Origin: a bacterium | Lineage (GTDB): Bacteria; Bacillota_I; Bacilli_A; RF39; UBA660 | Length of the DNA stretch: 54,047 bases | Reading direction: 5' to 3' | NCBI GenBank assembly: GCA_029218465.1 | Contig: JAQXRJ010000022.1 | Location: 1-54,047 of the forward strand | Part shown: positions 9,732 through 19,314 of the stretch, one piece after another | Position numbering within the stretch: position 1 is the first letter of the stretch | Layout: the number at the start of each line of letters is the position of its first letter | The notes under the pieces: generated by a model | The model's input: the letters and a program-made list of their open reading frames with translations, nothing else | Told to the model about the DNA's origin: nothing | Database searches by the model: none | Translations under genes and position numbers: made by a program

Positions 9732-9811
9732 ATATTAGATTAAATTTATTTTAGAAATTAATTGATATTCATGAACAAAACATATAAATGTCATTGACAA
9801 AGTAATATTTA

Positions 9812-9852
9812 ATTAAAAGGACTGTATCCTGTTAATTACGGATTACAATCCT
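9812..9852 (-). terminator. probable terminator after the Big_2 gene
   Basis: Imperfect stem aggactgtatcc / ggattacaatcct (one mismatch and one bulge). On the minus strand it is followed by UUUUAAUU. Confidence 0.45.
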
Positions 9853-9918
9853 CTAACTATAAAATATTTATAAAATATTCAAACTTCAAATTTCAAATTA
9901 TTACAGTTATCTAAATCA

Positions 9919-11154
9919 TTAATAATCAAAATACAAAATCATACTGTGAGATTGATTTCCTCCTTTATATCCTATAAAAATTCTATTTTTTCCTTTATAT
10001 TTATATATTTTTATACCTTCTATTTCATAATTACTTCCAGTACAATTTTTACATAATTTTGTTATTTTGCTTCTAACATTATTCAAAGAAGCTGTCCATA
10101 CTTGTTCCCCACTAACAACATCATAACATCTAATTGCAAAATCCTCAGTTCCATCAACATAATATATATAATTATCATAAAAATCACTACCATTATTTGC
10201 TCCATCTTTAACCATTTTAATAGTTTTTAATTGAGAAAGAGACGAATTAGATAATTGTGATATACCATTATATCTATACATCGTCAAAACATATGGATTT
10301 GATTTTTTCTTAACTGCAAGTAATTCCAAGTTTTCATCAAAGCTTACTTCATTAGTATAGCCAAATTCAATACCTCGTTCATTTGACTTCTTTTTAAAAA
10401 GAGAATCTGATAGTGTAACCTTTTTAGCAGCAGCACCTAATGCAGTTCCAGATGAAGAATGAGAACCTGTATATAAATAATATTCATTATTTATTACTGA
10501 AACATCAAAAGATTGACCATGACCCGCATTTTCAAAATAGCCTTTAAATTTTATATTATTATTTTTATCATATGCAACTATATGAGTTGAATAATTATCC
10601 TTTGCTTCATCACTAGTATGATATGAGTACCAAACAAGTTCATTTGATTTAGAAATATTTGTAATTGCAAATTGCTGTAATTTTTCTTTCTCACCCTTGT
10701 ATGGACCATATACTGCATATAAAGAAATATCTTTATAAACTTTTAAATTGGATAAAACCGGTTTTGGAACAGGTTCACTTTTATCAACAACTTTAACTAA
10801 AACAGTAGAACTCTTACCATCATTTGTTTTTGCAGTTATTTTAGTACCTCCCGCTTTTTTTGCAACCAAAACACCTTTACTAGAAATTGTTGCAACAGAT
10901 GAATTTGAAGATTGCCATGTTATGCTTTGATTATTATTAGACTTAACAGTTGCAGATAATGTTTTGGAATCTCCAACATAAAGTAATTTATCAAAATCAG
11001 AAATAACAACAGTATTAGAAACTGCAACATTATGACTGTTTCCTTCAATTTCTGAAGAAGATCCTTTAGATAGCATATAACCGACAAAAATCAAAATCAA
11101 TGAAATTATAACTATTGTTATTGCTATTATTTTCTTTTTAGTATTACTATTCAT
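9919..11154 (-). CDS. membrane-anchored surface protein: N-terminal TM, one Big_2 (bacterial Ig-like) domain, and a ~285-aa beta-rich C-terminal domain of unknown function
   Basis: TM segment IIAITIVIISLILIFVGYML. Big_2-like block SSNSSVATISSKGVLVAKKAGGTKITAKTNDGKSSTVLVKV. No motif was recognised in the C-terminal domain. It lies 25 nt downstream of the M23 gene with no terminator between them. Confidence 0.65.
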   Translation of the reverse strand: MNSNTKKKIIAITIVIISLILIFVGYMLSKGSSSEIEGNSHNVAVSNTVVISDFDKLLYVGDSKTLSATVKSNNNQSITWQSSNSSVATISSKGVLVAKKAGGTKITAKTNDGKSSTVLVKVVDKSEPVPKPVLSNLKVYKDISLYAVYGPYKGEKEKLQQFAITNISKSNELVWYSYHTSDEAKDNYSTHIVAYDKNNNIKFKGYFENAGHGQSFDVSVINNEYYLYTGSHSSSGTALGAAAKKVTLSDSLFKKKSNERGIEFGYTNEVSFDENLELLAVKKKSNPYVLTMYRYNGISQLSNSSLSQLKTIKMVKDGANNGSDFYDNYIYYVDGTEDFAIRCYDVVSGEQVWTASLNNVRSKITKLCKNCTGSNYEIEGIKIYKYKGKNRIFIGYKGGNQSHSMILYFDY

Positions 11155-11179
11155 TTTTTTTCCTCCTTAATACTACAAT

Positions 11180-12400
11180 TTATCTACTACTCCATCTTGT
11201 GCTTCCACTTGGGAAATTAATTAAACTCCTAGGTCCTTTAAATCCTCTACTTGCCCGTGACTTAACAAACGATGTATACTTACTCCAAGTTCCGCAGCTG
11301 TTATCCTTATACATTCTGCAAGGTGCAACTTCAAGATGAAGATGAGTACCAGCAGTCGGATTAGAAGCAGTTGGTTTTGGAAGTACATAACCCGTATTAC
11401 CCATATAACCAATATACTGATCAGAAGTAACATATTTTCCAACAGTTAAACCTGAAGCATAACTGCTCATATGTGCATACAATGAACTATACCATTTTTT
11501 TGAGCTACTATCATAATGTTCTAAAACAACTATTAATGCACCATATGAATCAGAATATTTGGCAATTACTGTACCATTTGCAACAGGATATATTTTCTCT
11601 TTTTTCTTATTAGGACTAGTTATATCTATACCCCTATGAAAACTTCCCCAACGGCTTCCAAATTCACTAGTAATAGAGCCGACAGTAGTTGGTCTTCTAA
11701 ATTTTCCAGCTGATGCAGCTACAGCACAATCAACTCCAATCACATGATTACTTTTGCAGCCTAATTTTTTATAACTTGCGACAATATCCTTATATATTTT
11801 CAACTGTTTAGCAGAATCAACACCACCTTCTTCATATGCTTGTTTTTCCTCACCTAATGATAAAACCTTTTCCGATAAAGTCTTTTGTTTTTGTGTTAAT
11901 TTTTCTTCAAGTTTTTTTATTTCTTCTTCTCTTTTAGAATTTCTATCAATCATATTTTCCAAATCTTCAATTATTTGATTATTATATTCTGTCATTTGTT
12001 CAACTATAGACATCCGATATATAAAATCAGTTATGCTATCAGCACCGAAAGCATATTCTAAATATGCGTTTTCATCTTCAGATAATTGAAGATATTCGTA
12101 AAGGGCTTTAACTTCTAAGCTTTTTTTCTTTATTTCCTCTTTACCATTTTCTGTCTCTTCTCTTAGTTTTAATATTTCTGACTCCAAATCTTGCATCTGA
12201 GTCTGAGTATTTTTAATTTCATTCTTTGTATTAGTAATTTGATTTTCAGTCTTTTTTATTGCATTTTGAGCAGCAGTTAATTCATTTTGATATTTTGTAA
12301 CCTTATCTTCATATTCTTTTAAAGTAATTGCGAATACATTATTAGGAACTAATAAATATGTAAATAACACAAATAGAAAAATATATGTTGATTTTTTCAT
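11180..12400 (-). CDS. coiled-coil M23-family peptidoglycan metalloendopeptidase (EnvC/PcsB-like FtsEX partner)
   Basis: Signal peptide and a ~170-aa heptad-rich region. The M23 catalytic motifs are intact: HRGIDI (HxxxD) and THLHLEV (HxH). Its start overlaps the ftsX stop (ATGA). Confidence 0.8.
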   Translation of the reverse strand: MKKSTYIFLFVLFTYLLVPNNVFAITLKEYEDKVTKYQNELTAAQNAIKKTENQITNTKNEIKNTQTQMQDLESEILKLREETENGKEEIKKKSLEVKALYEYLQLSEDENAYLEYAFGADSITDFIYRMSIVEQMTEYNNQIIEDLENMIDRNSKREEEIKKLEEKLTQKQKTLSEKVLSLGEEKQAYEEGGVDSAKQLKIYKDIVASYKKLGCKSNHVIGVDCAVAASAGKFRRPTTVGSITSEFGSRWGSFHRGIDITSPNKKKEKIYPVANGTVIAKYSDSYGALIVVLEHYDSSSKKWYSSLYAHMSSYASGLTVGKYVTSDQYIGYMGNTGYVLPKPTASNPTAGTHLHLEVAPCRMYKDNSCGTWSKYTSFVKSRASRGFKGPRSLINFPSGSTRWSSR

Positions 12401-13296
12401 ACTTTTAAGTACTTTCTTACTGCTCTTGAACTTCCAAACATGCCAACTATTATTCCTAAAATTAAAACTAAGAGAGAAATTTGATAAATAAATGGAGTTG
12501 GATTAATTAATTTAATAAGTGATGAAAATAATTGTCCTTCAAAATGATTATAAAAAGCAAGATAACCATAAATAACTAATATAATAGGTAAAATAGATCC
12601 AAGTGCTCCTAAAAGCATACCTTCAATAACAAATGGATTTTTTATTGAAAAATTACTAGCACCAACAAGTCTCATTATTGATATTTCTCTTTTTCTTGAG
12701 AAAATAGTTAATTTAATTGTATTTATAATTAAAAATACAGTAACTACAATCAAAACAGCAACTAATAATATAGATATTTTTTTTATTAGAGAAAAGGCAG
12801 ATACAAGTTTCTCAACCATTCCTTCACCATAATTAACCACCTCCACATTTTCTAAATCTTTTATAGAAGCAGCAGTATTTTTTATTTTTTCTATATTATC
12901 AACTTTTATTAAATAACTATCCTTAAGAGGATTTTCATCATCACTCCACTCACTCATTGTACTAGCAAATAAGTCTGACTCTTTCATCATTTCATTTTTA
13001 CTTTCTTCTTTTGATTTAAATTTTACAGAAGCAATATTTTCTATTTTAGATAATTCACTTTCAAATGTTTCTAACCCTTTTTTATCAACATCCTTATTCA
13101 TAAAAACAACAACGGTAACATCTTTTTCAATCAATCTTGTAAAATTATTTACATTCATTGAAACAATTATAGATGCTGCAACAATTATTAATGTTATACT
13201 AATACATGAAATGGAAGCTAAAGATAATGAAAAATTTCTTTTTACACTTTTTAATGCATCTCTTATACTCCTAAAAAACATTCTAAATATCTTCAT
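12397..13296 (-). CDS. ftsX: cell-division ABC transporter permease-like protein FtsX
   Basis: Four-TM topology with a large first extracellular loop, immediately downstream of ftsE. The start is ambiguous (ATG at 13317, 13296 or 13281). Confidence 0.8.
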   Translation of the reverse strand: MKIFRMFFRSIRDALKSVKRNFSLSLASISCISITLIIVAASIIVSMNVNNFTRLIEKDVTVVVFMNKDVDKKGLETFESELSKIENIASVKFKSKEESKNEMMKESDLFASTMSEWSDDENPLKDSYLIKVDNIEKIKNTAASIKDLENVEVVNYGEGMVEKLVSAFSLIKKISILLVAVLIVVTVFLIINTIKLTIFSRKREISIMRLVGASNFSIKNPFVIEGMLLGALGSILPIILVIYGYLAFYNHFEGQLFSSLIKLINPTPFIYQISLLVLILGIIVGMFGSSRAVRKYLKV

Positions 13297-13981
13297 TATC
13301 GTATTTTCCTTTCTCATAATCCTTTACTACTCGGCCATCTTTTAAAACAATAACCCTTTTTTTCATTTTGTTTACTATTTCTTTATCATGAGTTGCCATA
13401 ATTATTGTAGTTCCAATAGCTTTATTTATTTCATCTAGAACACCAACTATCTCTAAACTCATTTCAGGATCTAAATTACCCGTTGGTTCATCACAAATTA
13501 GTAATTTAGGATTATTCACAATAGCCCGAGCAATTGCAACTCTTTGCTGTTCCCCACCAGAAAGTTGATCTGGATAGTGTCTTGTTTTCGATTTTAAGCC
13601 AACAAGTTCAATTGCTTTTAAAGCTTTTTTCTTTATATCTTTCCTTTTAACACCTATTACTTCTAATGTAAAAGCAACATTTTCAAAAACAGTTAATTTT
13701 GGTAATAACCTATAATCTTGAAAAACAATTCCCAGTCTTCTTCTTAATTTATAAACTTTACTATTTCTAAGTTTTGCTACATTTATACCTCCTATAACAA
13801 TTTCACCACTGGTAGGCTTTTCTTCTCTATATAACATTTTAATAAAAGTTGATTTACCACTTCCAGAGCCACCTATTAAAAAAACAAAATCGCCTTTCTT
13901 AATTTTTAAATTCAAATCATAAATGGCGGTTACACCATTTTTATATTTTTTATTAACATTTCTAATATTAATTAATTCCAA
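13283..13981 (-). CDS. ftsE: cell-division ATP-binding protein FtsE
   Basis: Walker A GGSGSGKST, signature LSGGEQQR, Walker B LLICDEPTGNLD. Synteny with ftsX. Confidence 0.9.
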   Translation of the reverse strand: MELINIRNVNKKYKNGVTAIYDLNLKIKKGDFVFLIGGSGSGKSTFIKMLYREEKPTSGEIVIGGINVAKLRNSKVYKLRRRLGIVFQDYRLLPKLTVFENVAFTLEVIGVKRKDIKKKALKAIELVGLKSKTRHYPDQLSGGEQQRVAIARAIVNNPKLLICDEPTGNLDPEMSLEIVGVLDEINKAIGTTIIMATHDKEIVNKMKKRVIVLKDGRVVKDYEKGKYDNEDI

Positions 13982-14006
13982 GCTTTATCACCTCATATCA
14001 TAATAA

Positions 14007-14879
14007 TTATAACACATTATAATTCTTGTTTCCACCCTTTGACTGATATGAATCAGTTATTAATATAAATGCATCCTCATCAATGCTTTTAATTCCTTCT
14101 TTAAGTTTAAAATAATCTATAGTATAAATAGTAGTCATTATAACTATTTGTTTCTTATCTTTATAAGTTGGTGTAGTCCCCAATGCATTAAAAATAGTAT
14201 ATCCTGATTTAATTTCGTTTTTTATATAATCCTCTACCGCTTCAGTCTTGGATGTTATTATTTGAAATAATTTCTTACTTGATGTACCAAGTATTACCTT
14301 ATCCATTGATATTTTACTAGCAACTAAAAATATAATCGCATATAATATTGAAGTAATTCCAAAAACGAAACCACCCAATATAACAATAATAGAATTAATT
14401 ACAAAAGAAATTTTACTTATAGAAACCTTAAATTTCTTGCCAATTATTTGGGATATTAAAAAAATACCGCCCTGACCAATATTAAATCTATATACTGTTC
14501 CAGAAACTAATCCTGATATAAGCCCAGAAAATATAGCAACAACTACCATAGAAGTAGAATTAATATCAATAAAGCCGAAAAGATTACTTGTCAACTTTAC
14601 AAAAAATGGATAAATTAAAGATGCATACAAAGAGCTTAAAACTAATTTATGTTCACCAAAAGCAAGTGCTACTAACAGAAATCCTACAGATAATAGAAAA
14701 ATTATTAATGACGATTCAACCGATACAAATTGATTTATAATTATTGAAATTCCATTACTTCCTCCAGCAACTATATGACCAGGACTAATTAGCATATTAT
14801 AATTAATTGCAGAAATAAACATTAAAAACGATAAAACACAATATTTATAAAACTCGAATTGTTTACTAGCGTTATTCAT
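14007..14879 (-). CDS. YitT-family membrane protein (with C-terminal DUF2179-like domain)
   Basis: Five or six TM segments followed by a soluble C-terminal domain (ITDSYQSKGG). Paralogous to the adjacent gene. Confidence 0.65.
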   Translation of the reverse strand: MNNASKQFEFYKYCVLSFLMFISAINYNMLISPGHIVAGGSNGISIIINQFVSVESSLIIFLLSVGFLLVALAFGEHKLVLSSLYASLIYPFFVKLTSNLFGFIDINSTSMVVVAIFSGLISGLVSGTVYRFNIGQGGIFLISQIIGKKFKVSISKISFVINSIIVILGGFVFGITSILYAIIFLVASKISMDKVILGTSSKKLFQIITSKTEAVEDYIKNEIKSGYTIFNALGTTPTYKDKKQIVIMTTIYTIDYFKLKEGIKSIDEDAFILITDSYQSKGGNKNYNVL

Positions 14880-14881
14880 GA

Positions 14882-15769
14882 TTATTCTCCACCTAATACT
14901 TCATAAGAATCTGTCGCTACAAAGAACGCTTCTCTATCTATCAAATGAATTGCTTCTTTTAATTTAAAATAATCCTTTGTTGGAATAACACAAAATAAAA
15001 CTTTTTGTTTTTCTTTTGTATATCCACCTTTAGCATCAAATACAGTTACACCATGACCTAATTCTTCTAATATATATTTTTTTATTTCTTTATCTTCTTC
15101 TGCAATTATATAAAAAGCTTTAGAATCAGAAATTCCTAACATAACCTTATCAGTTAAAACACTTATAATATAAAGCGTTATTAAAGAATATAACAGCTTT
15201 GTAAATCCAAACACCACTGCACCAAATAAAACAATTAAACCATCAGATAAAATTATAGCATTTCCAATACTTATTTTTACATATTTTGATATAATTTGAT
15301 TAATAATGTCCGTACCGCCTGTAGTAAATCCCGCTTTAAACACAAGCCCAGCACCAATACCATATAAAACAGCTCCAAACAATATGCAAACAACTATATC
15401 ATTATTACCAATATTAAGTAAAACATCAATATCTGTTGTTATTTTTACAAAAATAGGAAATAATAAAGAACCAACTATTGACCTTTTAGTATCCTCAAAT
15501 CCAAGCATAAAATAACTAATTATTAAAAGTATTATATTACATATCATAATAAAAATTGATGTATCCCAGCCAAATAATTTGCTCGTTACAATAGATATAC
15601 CACTTACTCCTCCAAAAACAATATCATTTGGTAAAAGAAATAAATTAAATGATATAGCAACAATTAATAAGCCAACAATCAACATTATATATCTTTTTAT
15701 GTCAAATTTATCATATATGTAATTAACTATCTCGTTAGTATCAATTTTATTCTTTTTTATTTTTAGCAT
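14882..15769 (-). CDS. YitT-family membrane protein (tandem paralog)
   Basis: Same architecture: GFTTGGTDIINQ and C-terminal VATDSYEVLGGE. Only 2 nt from its paralog. Confidence 0.65.
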   Translation of the reverse strand: MLKIKKNKIDTNEIVNYIYDKFDIKRYIMLIVGLLIVAISFNLFLLPNDIVFGGVSGISIVTSKLFGWDTSIFIMICNIILLIISYFMLGFEDTKRSIVGSLLFPIFVKITTDIDVLLNIGNNDIVVCILFGAVLYGIGAGLVFKAGFTTGGTDIINQIISKYVKISIGNAIILSDGLIVLFGAVVFGFTKLLYSLITLYIISVLTDKVMLGISDSKAFYIIAEEDKEIKKYILEELGHGVTVFDAKGGYTKEKQKVLFCVIPTKDYFKLKEAIHLIDREAFFVATDSYEVLGGE

Positions 15770-16861
15770 ATTTTCCTCCTTAAATTTTCATTAATAAATA
15801 AGTCAATATCTCCATCTAATACTTTAACAACATTACTAGTTTCAATATTAGTTCTATGATCCTTTACTAAAGAATAAGGATGCATTATATAGCTTCTTAT
15901 CTGTGAACCAAAATTAATGTTTTCTTGTTGTCCTTTTAGTTTAATAATATTTTGTTCTTCCTCTTCTTGTTTTAATAATTTTAGCTTACTTCTTAACATT
16001 TGCATTGCTTGTTCTTTATTCTGAATTTGACTTCTACCATTTTGACAAGTAACTACTAATTTAGTTGGCAAATGAGTAATCCTTACTGCAGAATCTGTTG
16101 TATTAACATGTTGACCACCTGCGCCACTAGATCTATACACATCAATTTTTAAATCTTTTTCATTAATTTCTATATCTTGAACTTTTTTAATATTCGGTAT
16201 TACATCAATAGAAGCAAACGAAGTATGTCTTCTATTATTTGAATCAAAAGGTGATAATCTAATTAATCTATGAACTCCCTTCTCGTTTTTTAAAAATCCA
16301 TATGCATTAATACCTTTTACGAAAAAACATGCATTTTTAATACCCGCCTCGTCTCCTTCTTGATAATCAACTATTTCATATTTATAATTATGTTTTTCAC
16401 ACCATCTAGTATACATTCTAAAAAGCATTAAAGCCCAATCACAAGATTCAGTTCCACCTGCGCCTGGATGAATTTCTAAAGTACAATCTAAACTATCATA
16501 TTCGCCACTTAATAAAAATAATGTTTCAATAGAATTATATCTATCCGCTAGCCTATTGATTTCTAATTCAAAATCTACCTCATTAAAAGAATTTTCTTCT
16601 TCACATAAATCAAACATATCTTGTAAATATTTAATATCTTCTCTGAGTTTTTCTATATCAAAAGTTTGACTTTTCAAATACTTAATCTGTGTGATAACTG
16701 CCTCGGAATTTTCTTTATCACTCCAAAAATCAGAATCATTCATTTGACTTTCCAAATTATTAATTTCTTCTTTTTTTGAAGATAAGTCAAAGTTCCCTCC
16801 ACAAATTATTAGTTTTTTCTAGTAATACATTTAAATTTTTTTTTATTTCAATAAAATCCAT
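15763..16861 (-). CDS. prfB: peptide chain release factor 2, requiring a programmed +1 frameshift
   Basis: The tracked ORF (15763-16755) has the GGQ motif (SGAGGQHVNTTDSAVRITHLPT) but lacks the N-terminus. ATG at 16861 opens a 24-codon frame (MDFIEIKKNLNVLLEKTNNLWREL) ending at an in-frame TGA. A +1 shift on CTT-T joins it to the main frame. Confidence 0.9.
16786..16800 (-). promoter_or_regulatory. RF2 autoregulatory +1 frameshift site (internal SD GGAGGG, then CTT TGA C)
   Basis: The minus strand reads TGG AGG GAA CTT TGA CTT. This matches the E. coli / B. subtilis prfB recoding cassette in both sequence and spacing. Confidence 0.85.
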
Positions 16862-16894
16862 AATATCACAACCTTAACAAATAAATTATATCAT

Positions 16895-16933
16895 GAAAAA
16901 AAAATAGAAACTACATTTTTATATAGTTTCTAT
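16895..16933 (-). terminator. rho-independent terminator of the clpC-like gene, overlapping its last codons
   Basis: Perfect 10-bp stem atagaaacta/tagtttctat (16904-16913 / 16924-16933). On the minus strand it is followed by a 9-nt U-run. Confidence 0.65.
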
Positions 16934-19222
16934 TATTATTTTATCTTTATTACTAAATTTTTGATCAATTATTAAATCATATATTTTATATTTAATAATT
17001 TTATCAATCCTTCTAGCACCATAATCATTAAACTGTGATTCCTTTATAATTTGTCTTATAGCCCTATTAGTTATTTTGAAATTTTTTTTTGTCAAGTTAA
17101 AATTATTTTTTGCCTTTTCTAAAGATTTTAATATTATTTTATTAATACTATCTTCCGTTAAATTATTAAATATAAATATTCTATCAATTCTATTTACAAG
17201 TTCAATCCCTAAAAAATTTTTTAAATCTCTATTAATAATATTTGCTTTATCATTTTTAAATCCTAAAGAATCATTTCTACATCCAATATTAGATGTCATT
17301 ATTATAATATTATTATTAAAATGAATTATTTCATTTTTCGAGTTTTTAGCTTCGCCTTCATCTAATATTTGAAGAAACAAATTAATAACATCATTATGAG
17401 CCTTTTCTATTTCATCCAATAAAATAATAGCATTTGGTTTAATTTTTACTTCATCTAAAACAGTATTAATATTTGAAAAGCCAATATATCCCGGAGGAGA
17501 ACCAATTATCTTACTAATAGAGTGCGGTTCTTTATATTCACTCATGTCAAGCCTAATAAGATTATTATTAGTAATTTGTTTTGCTAGTTCCTTAGCAAGC
17601 ATAGTTTTTCCTACACCTGTTGGACCAACAAAAAGATATGATCTTGGTTTATTATCAAATTTATATCCTAATTTAATTCTTTTTATATCTTTAGATAAGT
17701 CATCAATAACGGAATCTTGCCCAATTATTTTTGATTTTAAAATTTTAGAAATATTTTTTATCTTTTTCAATTCAACATTTTCATATTCATAAATAGGAAT
17801 ATTTGTTTTCGTTTTAACAACCTCAGCCACTATCTGATCAGTAACTTCTTTCCTTTTAGAGGAACGCAAAGCCTTATATTCTAGTTGATTAATATTATTT
17901 AATATAATGTTTTCTGTTTCTTTTAATGATGACGCTAAAGAAAAATTTTGTTTAATTACTGCATCATTTTTTTGACATCTAACCAATTTTAATTTAATAT
18001 ATTCATTTTCTAACTTTTCGCTTATTTTATTTTTAGAGATTGATACTTTAGAACATGCTTCATCTAAAACGTCAATTGCTTTATCAGGCTGTTTTCTATC
18101 AAATATATATTTATTAGATAGTTTTACAATTGTTTCTAATGTTTTATCACTGATTATTACATCATGAAAATCTTCATAAATAGGCTTTATTTCACTCAAA
18201 ATGTTAAGAACATCATTGTCAGAGGGTTCATCAACGTTGATAATTTGAAAACGTCTTTGAAGAGCACGATCATCTTCTAAAAACTTTTTATATTCCTCTA
18301 TTGTTGTTGCACCAATTAACTTTAATTTACCTCTTGCAAGATAAGGTTTTAAAATATTCGATGCGTCTATTGCACCCTCAGCACCTCCAGCCCCGACTAA
18401 AGTATGAATTTCATCAACAAATATAATAATATCATCGGAATTTTCGATTTCAGATAATATTTTATTTATTCTTTCTTCAAATTCTCCTCTATACTTAGTA
18501 CCAGCCACTAAACTAGCCATAGAAATAGATATTATTCTTTTGTTTTTTAACTTATCTGGAACTGTTCCATCAACAATTCTTCTACTCAATTCTTCAACAA
18601 TTGCAGTTTTACCCACACCCGCTGAGCCAATTAAAAGAGGATTATTTTTTATTCTCCTGCATAAAATCTCTATCATTCTATTAAGTTCTTTATCTCTACC
18701 AATTACAGGGTCAAGTTCATTATTCAGAGCCTTTTCATTCATAGAATACCCATAATCTTCAATTAAAAATTTCTTTTTTGACTTAACTTTTTTAGATTTA
18801 GTTTTTATAAAGAATTCTTTGCATATTTTTTCAATATTAACATTCATAGCCAAAAGTATCCTAAGAGCTACTCCCTCACCCTCATCAAATAAGGCATTAA
18901 GCAAATATTCTATTTCAACAAAACAATCATTATTCTCTTTAGCAATTATAATGGCTTCCTCAATAATTCTTCTTAATAGCGGAGTATAAACAAACCAGTC
19001 ATTGTCCTCTTTGCCAAAATCAATTATTTCTACAACTTTGCTTTTAAAATTATTATAATTAATTCCATATTTATTTAATATTTTTGTCGAATTTAAACTC
19101 TTATTTTTTAATATTGACAACAATAGATGTTCAGTACCAATATATGGGTGTTTAAGTTCCTTCTTTTCTAATTTTGAATTAATTAATACTTTTCTAGTAT
19201 CTTCACTAAAATTTGAAAACAT
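16919..19222 (-). CDS. ClpC/ClpE-like two-AAA+ Clp/Hsp100 ATPase
   Basis: Clp_N-type repeat (GTEHLLLSIL). Two Walker A motifs (GSAGVGKTAIVE, GPTGVGKTMLAKE) and two Walker B motifs (IIFVDEIH, ILLDEIEKAH). Short middle region. LGF tripeptide at the position of the ClpP-docking loop. Confidence 0.8.
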   Translation of the reverse strand: MFSNFSEDTRKVLINSKLEKKELKHPYIGTEHLLLSILKNKSLNSTKILNKYGINYNNFKSKVVEIIDFGKEDNDWFVYTPLLRRIIEEAIIIAKENNDCFVEIEYLLNALFDEGEGVALRILLAMNVNIEKICKEFFIKTKSKKVKSKKKFLIEDYGYSMNEKALNNELDPVIGRDKELNRMIEILCRRIKNNPLLIGSAGVGKTAIVEELSRRIVDGTVPDKLKNKRIISISMASLVAGTKYRGEFEERINKILSEIENSDDIIIFVDEIHTLVGAGGAEGAIDASNILKPYLARGKLKLIGATTIEEYKKFLEDDRALQRRFQIINVDEPSDNDVLNILSEIKPIYEDFHDVIISDKTLETIVKLSNKYIFDRKQPDKAIDVLDEACSKVSISKNKISEKLENEYIKLKLVRCQKNDAVIKQNFSLASSLKETENIILNNINQLEYKALRSSKRKEVTDQIVAEVVKTKTNIPIYEYENVELKKIKNISKILKSKIIGQDSVIDDLSKDIKRIKLGYKFDNKPRSYLFVGPTGVGKTMLAKELAKQITNNNLIRLDMSEYKEPHSISKIIGSPPGYIGFSNINTVLDEVKIKPNAIILLDEIEKAHNDVINLFLQILDEGEAKNSKNEIIHFNNNIIIMTSNIGCRNDSLGFKNDKANIINRDLKNFLGIELVNRIDRIFIFNNLTEDSINKIILKSLEKAKNNFNLTKKNFKITNRAIRQIIKESQFNDYGARRIDKIIKYKIYDLIIDQKFSNKDKIIIETI

Positions 19223-19281
19223 AGAATCTCCTTTCCTATTAATTCTATGTATATAGTGGATTTTATTTTATTTATTTATAC

Positions 19282-19306
19282 AAAAAAAAGGAAGAAATTT
19301 CTTCCT
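19282..19306 (-). terminator. rho-independent terminator after the yfcC-like gene
   Basis: Palindrome aggaagaaatttcttcct. On the minus strand it is followed by a U-run (A-run 19282-19288 on the plus strand). Confidence 0.6.
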
Positions 19307-19314
19307 AGGCATTA

